Sequence record: NZ_CP084013.1
DNA: 64,000 bases
Source: a plasmid
Reading direction: 5' to 3' (one strand)
Shown: positions 18,835-27,657 of the stretch, one piece after another
How positions within the stretch are numbered: the first letter of the stretch is position 1
How the letters are laid out: each line of letters opens with the position of its first letter
Position numbers and translations under genes: made by a program
Notes under the pieces: model-generated
The model's database searches: none
The model's input: the letters and a program-made list of their open reading frames with translations, nothing else
What the model was told of the DNA's origin: nothing

Positions 18835-19406
18835 TAGCGGCCGTCACCGCCTTCCATTTCCGCGAGCTTATGCGGATCCTTGTTCGCCGCCAGGGACACG
18901 TCGCCCCTACGTAGTTTCTCCAATACGATACGCTTACGCTCCTCATCGGTGAGGGAGTCCGGCCTAGTGGCACCCTCACCTGCGTTCCCGGATTCAATTT
19001 CGGTTGACGGGGAATGTTTCCGTATTGGCCGTCTTTCTTCGTCGCTGACGAGCAGCGGGGATGACGATCCGTCGAGGATTTGAACGATATCATCACCGTC
19101 CATGACCGCGACGAACTGATACGAGGAGAACGAGTCGGCTCCCGTGGCTTCGGGGTGCGAATGGTCGGCTTTGAAATCGACATATGAAGTCAGCTGGCCG
19201 AATGTCATCCTCCAAAGCTCGCACATGCGTTCGAGGTCGGCTATACGCCATTCCTGCTCGTCGTTTACCCGTTCTCGGACGTATTTTTCGCTGCGCTTGA
19301 TTCCACGCGCCAACGCACGGTTGGATAAACGACGTATGCCCATCTGGGATTTGACGCCGATGTTGATTCGTCGAGCGAATTCGCTGACCTCGATCTTCGT
19401 TGCCAT
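18834..19406 (-). CDS. XRE-family HTH transcriptional regulator (cI/ImmR-like)
   Basis: N-terminal HTH (LSNRALARGIKRSEKYVRERVN); divergent from a cro-like gene; ATG-TGA overlap with the ImmA gene. Confidence 0.65.
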   Translation of the reverse strand: MATKIEVSEFARRINIGVKSQMGIRRLSNRALARGIKRSEKYVRERVNDEQEWRIADLERMCELWRMTFGQLTSYVDFKADHSHPEATGADSFSSYQFVAVMDGDDIVQILDGSSSPLLVSDEERRPIRKHSPSTEIESGNAGEGATRPDSLTDEERKRIVLEKLRRGDVSLAANKDPHKLAEMEGGDGR

Positions 19407-19425
19407 GTCTCTATTCTACAGCTTT

Positions 19426-19520
19426 TTGCGTCTATTTAATGCGTCACGCCGACACGCCGATACTATTTGCGCCTACATGGACGCACCTGTATAACCTTAA
19501 ATGCGCCCACATAGACGCAA
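19426..19520. promoter_or_regulatory. three 18-20 bp operator-like repeats in the divergent intergenic region (TGCGYC-N6/7-GACGCA) with a TATAAC -10-like element
   Basis: R1 19426..19447 TTGCGTCTATTTAATGCGTCAC; R2 19468..19487 TTGCGCCTACATGGACGCAC; R3 19501..19520 ATGCGCCCACATAGACGCAA. Confidence 0.55.
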
Positions 19521-19545
19521 CGGATACATAGGAGACCTTTTCAAA

Positions 19546-19809
19546 ATGACAAACCGCAAGGAAACACCATCAAGAACCGGAAAAGCGATCCGCGACCGGA
19601 TAAACGCGATTATCGGAATCAACCGACATTCGAACTACGAAGTCGCCCGCATCATCGACAAATCCGAACGCTACGTGCGTGTCCACCGCAAGGGCGATCT
19701 CGAATGGAGCCTGGGGGATGTTGAACGATACGGGGCGGCCACCGGCTACACGCCAGGCGAAATCATGGCGGACACGTTCGCAATAAAGCCGGCCATGAAC
19801 AAGCGGTAG
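19546..19809 (+). CDS. small Cro-like HTH protein
   Basis: ATG after AGGAGA RBS; HTH-like NYEVARIIDKSERYVRVHRKG; divergent from the XRE repressor. Confidence 0.5.
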   Translation: MTNRKETPSRTGKAIRDRINAIIGINRHSNYEVARIIDKSERYVRVHRKGDLEWSLGDVERYGAATGYTPGEIMADTFAIKPAMNKR

Positions 19810-19835
19810 CGCTGGTCCATCGCTAAGGAGCTTAT

Positions 19836-21077
19836 ATGAGGCAATATGCTCTAATACATCGGGCCATCCTAGACGATCCGAGCTGGCGATGCCTGACACG
19901 TTCGCAGCAGAACCTGTATCTCCTGCTGCTACTGAAACTTTCGACCAATCTCTGCGGCATCGTTGACTGGCGTCCTAAAAAGCTTGCCGTTAACGCTTCG
20001 GATATGACTGTCGAGACGATAGAAGCCGATGCCGTCGTCTTGGAGAAGAAACTCTATATCGTACGAGATGAGGACACCGATGAAGTGCTGATACGTTCCT
20101 TCTTACGAAACGACGCGCCTCTCAAAAGCAGTAAGACAGCCATCGCTGTTCGCTCTAGCTACACGGATACAGCTTCGTCGAAACTGCGTGGAGTCATCGT
20201 TTTCGAATTGCAGCGGCTGTACAAGGAGCAGCGTGACTGGCAGGGATGGGATCAGGTTAGGGACCTGCTTGACCTGCCATCAATCGACCCCCGGAGAATT
20301 GTGTCAGGAGGTGAAGAAGCGGTATCCGATGCTCTCAACCGGTATCAGGAAAGCTCTTTCTCTCCTCCACGGGATACCTCATTCGATACCCCATCGGATG
20401 GGGTATCTCAAGGGGTATCTCAAGGGGTGTTGGATACTCCATCGGATGGGGTATCTCAAGGGGTATCGGATACCCAATCCGATTCATATTCTCCCCTTAT
20501 ACCTAATACCTTATACCCAATACCTAATTCCTCTTTCCGTGCAAAAAATGAAAAATCGGCGGACGAGTCCGCCTCAGAGCCTGAAAACGAGAATGCTTCT
20601 TTCGAAGCTTCTCAGAGTTCCAGCAGGGTTGAGGAAACCTCTCCGATTCAGAAGAAACCGTCCGCGGTTTCTTCGAAGAAGAGAAAAGTTCCGAAAAAAG
20701 AGAAGAAGCCCGCGACCCGTCAGACCGTGTTGGCTCCCGACTGGAAGCCCTCGCCCGAACTGCGCATCGCCACGGCCAAGGCGGGAGTCAACCTGATCCG
20801 CGAAGTCACCCTGTTCGTCGCCTACTACACGCAGGAGAAACCCGAACACCGCAGCGCCAACTGGGATGCCACATACAGGCGTTGGCTCGAACGGGACATC
20901 CAAAACCTGAAAATGGGGCGCGACCCCAACAACATCGCGCTACACCCGGAGAACCTGCCGACGAACGGCAGGCTGCCGAAGAGCATGCTGAACGACATGC
21001 ACAATGCGGAAGTCCAAGCGCGGGCCGCCGCCTGGGACGAAGCCCATCCGCGAGAGGAGGAATTCGATGAACTTTAA
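19836..21077 (+). CDS. replication initiator / replisome-organiser-like protein with an origin-like iteron array inside the ORF
   Basis: 413 aa; structured N- and C-terminal domains separated by a low-complexity linker encoded by the repeats at 20371..20530. Confidence 0.45.
   Translation: MRQYALIHRAILDDPSWRCLTRSQQNLYLLLLLKLSTNLCGIVDWRPKKLAVNASDMTVETIEADAVVLEKKLYIVRDEDTDEVLIRSFLRNDAPLKSSKTAIAVRSSYTDTASSKLRGVIVFELQRLYKEQRDWQGWDQVRDLLDLPSIDPRRIVSGGEEAVSDALNRYQESSFSPPRDTSFDTPSDGVSQGVSQGVLDTPSDGVSQGVSDTQSDSYSPLIPNTLYPIPNSSFRAKNEKSADESASEPENENASFEASQSSSRVEETSPIQKKPSAVSSKKRKVPKKEKKPATRQTVLAPDWKPSPELRIATAKAGVNLIREVTLFVAYYTQEKPEHRSANWDATYRRWLERDIQNLKMGRDPNNIALHPENLPTNGRLPKSMLNDMHNAEVQARAAAWDEAHPREEEFDEL
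20371..20530. repeat. iteron array / putative replication origin
   Basis: Five GGGGTATC iterons, two 23-bp near-palindromes GATACCCCATCGGATGGGGTATC, then five 7-bp tandem repeats (T/C)AATACC. Confidence 0.55.
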
Positions 21078-21603
21078 CGAAGCTCTGCAGGTGCTGCGCC
21101 GCATCAACGTACATCACGGGAACGCGCCAATCAGCGACGCGCAGGCCCAATGCTTCTACGAGGAGCTGTCCAGATCGGTGTCGTTCGACGAGGCCAACGC
21201 CGCGGTACGGGAATTCTACGCATTGCATCCTCACGGCGAATGGATGACGGTGGGGGATATCAACCTCGCCGTGAGAAGGAAACGACGGCAGTCGATGCCA
21301 TCGGAGGCGACCATCACCCGGCTGATGGAGGAGAACCAGATTTCCGACCCCGACGAGATGTGGCAGTTCCGACGCTCTCTGCTCAAATCATTGGGCCGTG
21401 GCCGTCCCGCCACGCAGGCGGTGCAGCGTGCGTTGGAATTGTCCCGTCACCCGATGCTGGGCGGCCCGAGGGACGGGGCGACGAAAAGCCTGCCGCAGAC
21501 ACGGCCGGGGGGAAACCCCGATCCACGCGATCCGGCCCCGGTCACGACCGTCGTCCAAAGCATCATCGGCGGACTCTCGGCTCGGCCGCATCGGGCGGAA
21601 TAG
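21067..21603 (+). CDS. hypothetical protein
   Basis: ATG 21067 overlapping the end of the upstream gene; 178 aa. Confidence 0.35.
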   Translation: MNFNEALQVLRRINVHHGNAPISDAQAQCFYEELSRSVSFDEANAAVREFYALHPHGEWMTVGDINLAVRRKRRQSMPSEATITRLMEENQISDPDEMWQFRRSLLKSLGRGRPATQAVQRALELSRHPMLGGPRDGATKSLPQTRPGGNPDPRDPAPVTTVVQSIIGGLSARPHRAE

Positions 21604-21674
21604 CCCCCCGGACATCGCAAGAACATCGAATCAAAAAAACGCCATCAGAAAAAACCGATTGGAGAAAAAAACAA

Positions 21675-22115
21675 ATGGCAGACATCACCACACAAACAAT
21701 CCGAGACACCTTCTTGGACAACCTTCCCGAAAACGTGACGCGCGAGGAGGGGGAGGAGTTCTGGAACGCATGGCTGGACAGGCAGCGCGAAGGGCATGAA
21801 CCGGACATGCCGACACCTCCGGTCGGATTCCAGTACGCACCGGGCGAAGTGGACGAATTCGACTACGGCGAACCGGACTTGGAAGACGAGCAGCTGACTG
21901 AGGACCAGAAGCGAGACATGCTGGGACTGGTGCATGATTATGCGATGAACACGTCGGAACTGGCACGCACCATGCTGGACTGCCAGCATTTCGACGACCC
22001 GCAGGTCCGGGAGCTCGTACGTCAGACGTTCAAGGATCTCGAATGCGCCGGAAGCCACGTGTCTGACGCTTTGAAGCTGATGGGTTGGACCGCGGACGAT
22101 GCGACGGTCGGCTGA
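21675..22115 (+). CDS. highly acidic hypothetical protein (146 aa)
   Basis: ATG 21675; strongly D/E-rich composition. Confidence 0.4.
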   Translation: MADITTQTIRDTFLDNLPENVTREEGEEFWNAWLDRQREGHEPDMPTPPVGFQYAPGEVDEFDYGEPDLEDEQLTEDQKRDMLGLVHDYAMNTSELARTMLDCQHFDDPQVRELVRQTFKDLECAGSHVSDALKLMGWTADDATVG

Positions 22116-22256
22116 CTTCGCTTCCGTTGCCGTCGATGCCGGGCCATGCGGCAACGGAAGAAAATCGGTTATTTTCAATAAAAAACCGGTTAATTACAAA
22201 CCCTGAGGTTACAGTGGGAACTGTTTGAGAAAACTCAGGCAAGGAGAACCCTCGAA

Positions 22257-24584
22257 ATGACCAAACGTAACAGCAGCGGTCTGCGCAATGCGGGCACCAT
22301 CGCCACCGTCGCGGCATTGACCCTCGGCATGGCGGGGCCCGGCGTCATGACGGCCACCGCCGACGAAAACACCGCGAACGGCAACACCGGCACCAGCGCC
22401 GCCCAAGCCACGCAGGAAGTCAAATACACGACCACCGTGGCAGGCACGCCAGTCAACTTCACGAAGGACAGCAAAGGCGATTACACGGCAACCGTCCCCA
22501 AGGTCACAGGCAAGTTCCAAAACCAGGTGATCGTGTCCGGCACAGACAAGTCCCAGACCACTCTGACCACCAGCCAGAAACCTACGGACGGGAAAATCAG
22601 CGGCCCCGTCGTCTACACCAGTGCCGACGATTCCGCGCCCAAGTTCACGCTGACCGTCACGGATTATGAAATCGTCGAAGACCAAGCGGCCCAATGGAAC
22701 GCCACCGTTGAAGGCGAGACATACCCTCTCGACGTGAACGGTGACACCGCATCCAAGGACCTGCCCGAAGTCGCCTCCTATCCGGGCGACATCACCGTCA
22801 CCGACGGGACAACCACCATCACGCTGACACCCGAGTGCCAGAACGTCACCGTGAAATCCGGCGACAAGCTGGGCCAGCTGAACGTATCCGGCACCGCCGT
22901 CTACAAGCATGCCGCCGACGCGACGAAGAACACTCCGGCATTCAACGTGACACTGCCGTTCGCCTACACCTCGGGCACCCCGGTGACCGTGGACGGCACC
23001 GAAACGGAACTCACCAAGTCTGATGACGGAAAATACCATGCGGATTACGCCGGTCCGACATTGGACGAATCCAACAAGCCCAGCACGGACACGGTGACCC
23101 TCACCGGCATCAAGACCACACTGCCCATCCAATGGGGCAAAGACGTGCAGGTTGTCGATAAGGGAACCGGCGACACCGCCAGCAAGTTCGTACGCCTCAC
23201 CGGAACAGCTTCCGGCGAAGTCACCATCCAGGATGACGCCAGCGGGGAAAACGTCACCGTGCCGGTGGAAGTGGATGTCACCGCGGATCGAGCCCAGGAC
23301 AAGAGCTTTACCGGCCTGACCGTGACCCGCACCAACGCTAAAGGCGAAACCACCGTATACGACGGGGCCAAAGACTTCAATGCGAAATTCAACCCCAGCA
23401 CCCATGAATACACGCTGACCCTACCGGCCGATGCGGTCGGCGACAGCTACACGCTGGGCCTCACCCACGGTGTCGACGCCCAGGCATCCAAGCCGACGCT
23501 CGCGCTCGGAGAGGGAGCCTCCCGCGTGCTCAAGGTGAACGTGAACGGAGCCGACTACACGGTTAACGTGAAATTCCAGCCGGCCGACCTGAAAGCAGAT
23601 TCCCCTGCGAAACTCACCGGACTGTACGTGAACAAGACCGGCGAGAACACGAAGGGCCAGCTCATCGACAACTGGGATCCGAACCGGCTCGACTACGTGC
23701 TCGCACTGGGGGAGAAGGATCCAAGCCCGTATGTGCTGCCCGAAGCGCCTGACGGAGTCACCATCAAGGGCGGCAACATCACGCAGAACGCGCAATCCAC
23801 CCGCCAGGAATGGATCGTCACCGACACCGCAACCGGCGTAAGCCGCACCTACAGCCTGACAGTGACCAGGCCGGTGAAAACCGCCGTCACCGAATTCAAG
23901 CCGGCAGACCCAGCGAAGCAGGATTCCACGGTGGACCCGGAAAGCCAGCAGGACACCAATCTTGCATCGCACGGCTACACCGGCAAGGACGGCAAATACG
24001 TCGTATCAGACAAGGGTTCCTACGAGATTCCCGAGGGTGGAACATTCGCCTATGAGCCGAAGAACGGGCAATCCGCGACCGTCACCGTCGCACATGAGGG
24101 CATGACCTACACGTACACGGTCAACGTGCTCGCGCCGGACGGTTCGACCTTCGCGCAACACACGTACACCGTCACCTACATCACGGCGGCCACGCACAAG
24201 GCGCAGCTCACAGGCATCCTCGTGGACGGTACGGCCGTCAAGGGCTTCGACCCGGCCAGACACGAGTACAACGCATCCGTGAACGATCCGGACGAATGGA
24301 TGGTCTCCCCGCAGTACGACAAGGCAAGCGGCATGACCGTCAGCACCGAGAAGAAGGGTGCGGACGCCACCATCACCGTCACATCCGGTGACGGATTGGT
24401 CAAGACCACCTACAAGGTGCATGTCACCCGCAAACCATTCGGCGGCAACGGGAACAATGCGCTCGGACTCGCCTCCACGGGCGTCGGCGGCGGAACCGTA
24501 GCGTTCCTGTCGATGGCGTTGATGGCTATGGGAGCGGTTCTCGGACTCGTTGCACGTCGGCGCCAGCGCGGACGCAGCTTCTAA
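22257..24584 (+). CDS. cell-wall-anchored surface protein (LAXTG sorting signal)
   Basis: N-terminal signal peptide; C-terminal LASTG + hydrophobic helix + RRRQRGR tail. Confidence 0.7.
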   Translation: MTKRNSSGLRNAGTIATVAALTLGMAGPGVMTATADENTANGNTGTSAAQATQEVKYTTTVAGTPVNFTKDSKGDYTATVPKVTGKFQNQVIVSGTDKSQTTLTTSQKPTDGKISGPVVYTSADDSAPKFTLTVTDYEIVEDQAAQWNATVEGETYPLDVNGDTASKDLPEVASYPGDITVTDGTTTITLTPECQNVTVKSGDKLGQLNVSGTAVYKHAADATKNTPAFNVTLPFAYTSGTPVTVDGTETELTKSDDGKYHADYAGPTLDESNKPSTDTVTLTGIKTTLPIQWGKDVQVVDKGTGDTASKFVRLTGTASGEVTIQDDASGENVTVPVEVDVTADRAQDKSFTGLTVTRTNAKGETTVYDGAKDFNAKFNPSTHEYTLTLPADAVGDSYTLGLTHGVDAQASKPTLALGEGASRVLKVNVNGADYTVNVKFQPADLKADSPAKLTGLYVNKTGENTKGQLIDNWDPNRLDYVLALGEKDPSPYVLPEAPDGVTIKGGNITQNAQSTRQEWIVTDTATGVSRTYSLTVTRPVKTAVTEFKPADPAKQDSTVDPESQQDTNLASHGYTGKDGKYVVSDKGSYEIPEGGTFAYEPKNGQSATVTVAHEGMTYTYTVNVLAPDGSTFAQHTYTVTYITAATHKAQLTGILVDGTAVKGFDPARHEYNASVNDPDEWMVSPQYDKASGMTVSTEKKGADATITVTSGDGLVKTTYKVHVTRKPFGGNGNNALGLASTGVGGGTVAFLSMALMAMGAVLGLVARRRQRGRSF

Positions 24585-24591
24585 TAGCAAC

Positions 24592-24634
24592 GGCTTGCGA
24601 CCTGATGCGGTCGCAAGCCTTCCATTATTTTTTC
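24592..24634 (+). terminator. rho-independent terminator
   Basis: GGCTTGCGACC-TGATGC-GGTCGCAAGCC then TTCCATTATTTTTTC. Confidence 0.55.
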
Positions 24635-24680
24635 TGACTCGGCGTGAAATGTCGGGCAAAAAACAAGAAAAGGAAAGAAC

Positions 24681-26225
24681 ATGATGAAACAAAAACGGAT
24701 TGTCGCCGTAGCGCTTGGCCTGGCCCTGTCCGTAAGCCCCATGATCGTGTTGCCCACCGCTTTCGCGGATCAGGTATCGGGGAACCCGTCCTCGTCGATT
24801 TCGGCCCGTTCGACGGCTCCGAATCCGCTCGACAAGTTCAGCACCGAAGAGAAGGCGTTCCTCAACAATCACAAGGACAAGATCGCATCCGCCCTGGGCA
24901 TCGACGGGTTCGACCCATCCACCACCGACTATTACGGCGTCAAGGAATCGGCACTCGACACGGTCGCAGGCAAGATCCCCACCTCGAACACGGGACTGCT
25001 GAAGCCGATGGGCGCGCCGCTCGAGATTGACACGAACGCCGCCGGCTGGCTCGTCGACGGGAAGATCACGCAGTCCAAGTCTACCTCCGGCGACCTGGCG
25101 TACCGGGTCACGATCAAGGGCAAGAGCGGCGGCACCGTCGCATACACGCTGCACACCGCCTCACAGGATGCGAGCAGCAAAGCCGATCCGGGCGAGCTGA
25201 AGGGCGTGACCGCCACCGCCAATGGCACCGCCGTCAAGGACTTCAATCCGGTGAAGGACGGCACATACACCGTGCCCGACGACGCGGAGGTGAAGATCGG
25301 CGACGTGCCCGACGGATGGAAGCTCGACCATAAGACGGATTCGAAGACCGGCACGCTCACCTTCACCTGCACGAAGGATGATGTGACCGTCACCTGGACG
25401 TTCAAGTACGATGACGGAACCACCACGCCGAGCACCGGGGACAAGGCCGATCCAAGCGAACTGGCGGGGGTGACCGCCACCGCCGACGGGAAACCGGTCG
25501 ACGGGTTCGCCCCGACGAAGACCGGCACATGGACCGTTCCCGACGGCGCGGAGGTGAAACTCTCCGGCCTGCCCGACGGTTGGGCGAGCTATAAGAATCT
25601 TGACGCGAAACCCGGCACCCTGTCCTACGACATCAAGAAGGGCGACGTCACCGTCGTCACGTGGACGTTCACATACGATTCCACGACCGATCCGGACAAG
25701 CCCGCCACGGGCGTGGACGCATTGAAGGGCGTGGCAGCCACCGTTGACGGGAAACCGCTCCCGAGCTTCGACCCGACGAAATCCGGCACCTACAGGGTCG
25801 CCACGGGCGCCGAGGTGAAGATCTTGAACGTCCCGTCCGATTGGAAGCTTGACAAGACCGCATCCGATTCGAAGCTGGTGTTCGCCGCTTCCAAGGACGG
25901 CACGACCGTCACTTGGACGTTCGAATACCAAGGCAAGGATGATGGCGGAGCCACCACCAACCCTGATGACAATGCCGGAAACAAAAGCCAGAACAACAAT
26001 GACGGCACGGCTTCCAAGCCGCCGGTGAACGGCGCGAACCCGCTCGCCTCCACCGGCGTGGGAATCGGCTGGGTTGGTTGGCTTATCGGCATTCTCGCCA
26101 TCATCGGCGGAGCATTGGGAATCACGGTCGCTGTCCGCAAGCCGAAGGGCAAGGCCACGGACGAGACCCCGGCCCCGGAAGCCGATGACAGCGAAGCGTC
26201 ATCCGATCAGCCGCTAAACTCCTGA
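24681..26225 (+). CDS. cell-wall-anchored surface protein with three about 83-aa tandem repeats (LAXTG)
   Basis: Signal peptide; repeats KADPGELKGVTATA...TWTF; C-terminal LASTG + TM + KPKGK. Confidence 0.7.
   Translation: MMKQKRIVAVALGLALSVSPMIVLPTAFADQVSGNPSSSISARSTAPNPLDKFSTEEKAFLNNHKDKIASALGIDGFDPSTTDYYGVKESALDTVAGKIPTSNTGLLKPMGAPLEIDTNAAGWLVDGKITQSKSTSGDLAYRVTIKGKSGGTVAYTLHTASQDASSKADPGELKGVTATANGTAVKDFNPVKDGTYTVPDDAEVKIGDVPDGWKLDHKTDSKTGTLTFTCTKDDVTVTWTFKYDDGTTTPSTGDKADPSELAGVTATADGKPVDGFAPTKTGTWTVPDGAEVKLSGLPDGWASYKNLDAKPGTLSYDIKKGDVTVVTWTFTYDSTTDPDKPATGVDALKGVAATVDGKPLPSFDPTKSGTYRVATGAEVKILNVPSDWKLDKTASDSKLVFAASKDGTTVTWTFEYQGKDDGGATTNPDDNAGNKSQNNNDGTASKPPVNGANPLASTGVGIGWVGWLIGILAIIGGALGITVAVRKPKGKATDETPAPEADDSEASSDQPLNS
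25180..25950 (+). repeat. in-frame tandem repeats (about 250 bp x3) inside the surface-protein gene
   Basis: Repeated peptide modules visible in the translation. Confidence 0.5.
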
Positions 26226-26340
26226 CCACCCATCGAAGGTTTGGCGGGAGATGCAAATACCCTCCCCTGTCAAACCCCACGTTGAATCTTGATGCCATGC
26301 GGGACCCTCCTGCAAACCGGCCTATAGCATGACATCAACA

Positions 26341-26372
26341 AGGGATGCCGAAAGGCATCCCTATTTTTTATT
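26341..26372 (+). terminator. rho-independent terminator
   Basis: AGGGATGCC-GAAA-GGCATCCCT followed by ATTTTTTATT. Confidence 0.5.
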
Positions 26373-26871
26373 CAAAAACTTTGGTAAATACCGAGAAAAT
26401 GTTGGAATCAACCGATTTTGCATGTACGTTGAAGGAAACGAAGACGACCATTCCCCATCAGCCGTACGCCGAAGCCGATAAGCGAGTTCGGTCTGAAGCC
26501 GGGCAAATACAGGCCGTCCGCGGTGAAAGTCGCCGGATTCGACCCGTTGGACGCCAACCATGCCGCATCTACCGGTGTGGGGTCGTTTCCCGTCCTCGAC
26601 AGGACGTGCAAACAAGGAAAGGAAAACACTGGAATGAGAGACAACCAAACGACACGGCGCATGCCAATGATCGTGACGGCAATGGCCTGCGCGGCCGCGA
26701 GCATGCTGGCCGGCCTGACACTGGCTCCATCCCCGCCGTCCGACCGTCACCCGACCGGAGACGGTCGGACGGCGTGAGCCGGGAACTCTCCTGCAAACCG
26801 TACTTGGGACCCATCCCCCACACCATTGGAACAGCCGTATTCATTCACGGCACATCCCCGAAAGGAACCGA

Positions 26872-27657
26872 AAGACGATGAAACCCGGTCTGAGAAAGGT
26901 CGCCGCGCTCATACTCGCGTCCGCGATGCTGTTCGGTTCAGGCGCGTCGGTCGTGTCCGCCGCGTATGCGGACGATACGACCATGGGCACGTCCACGCGA
27001 ATCCAAGCCGAACCCGACAAGACGACCACAGGCGGCGACGAGGCCGCGACGAAACCCGACGCCGGTTCCGGCGACGAGGCCGGAACCGGTGCGGACAAAC
27101 AATCCGGCACCGGTGCGCCCGCGCAATCCGCTCCGCAGGCGGACGCGGGCCAGGCCGCGCCGGACGTGACCATCCACGACATGCTCGACACGGACAGCGC
27201 CGCCGTGAGCAGGCTCAGGCTCACCGACCGCATCACCGGCACCGCGCCGTTCGACAAGGACAACGAGCGCGGCGACGACAAGGACGAAACCAACGACATC
27301 GTCCGCTCCTACGATACGGTGACCTACGACTACGAGTACACGCTCACCCCCGACTCGACCATGGACTACTATCGGCGCACGCGCGTCGGCTTCCGGTTCG
27401 AACTGCCCTACCCGAAGGACAAGGTCACGTTCGACGCGGAGAAGATGGGCTGGGTGGACCACACGCCCGGCTACGAGCCGAAACTCACCACGGAAACCAT
27501 CGACGGGACCGTCACGCAGGTGTACACCTGCTACCGTCTGTTGGAGCCGACCAGCCAGTCGCCGACAGTGAACCCCGGCACCGGTTCCATCGGCCTGTCG
27601 GTCGCCGTCAAGGGCGCGCCCCACGGCTACCGGTTCCATCCGACCGTCAAGGCGTGG
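26872..27657 (+). repeat. segmental duplication copy A (786 bp, 5' end of the giant adhesin gene)
   Basis: Near-identical to 35240..36025 (single K/E codon difference observed in the first 230 nt compared). Confidence 0.8.

Noticed and set aside
20371-20530. Possible CRISPR array or MITE because of short direct repeats
   Set aside because: Repeats are 7-8 bp, far too short for CRISPR repeats. There are no regular 28-37-bp repeats or spacers and no cas genes. The pattern is iteron-like and lies inside an ORF encoding a protein linker.
25180-25950. Tandem 250-bp repeats as possible non-coding repeat or CRISPR-like array
   Set aside because: They are in-frame coding repeats of a surface protein (three 83-aa modules).
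26523-26777. Small ORF (MKVAGFDPLD..., or shorter MRDNQTTRRMPMIVTAMACAAASMLAGL...) upstream of the giant adhesin
   Set aside because: No RBS, overlaps other frames, and Arg/Pro/Gly-rich. It may be a leader or nothing, and is too weak to call.
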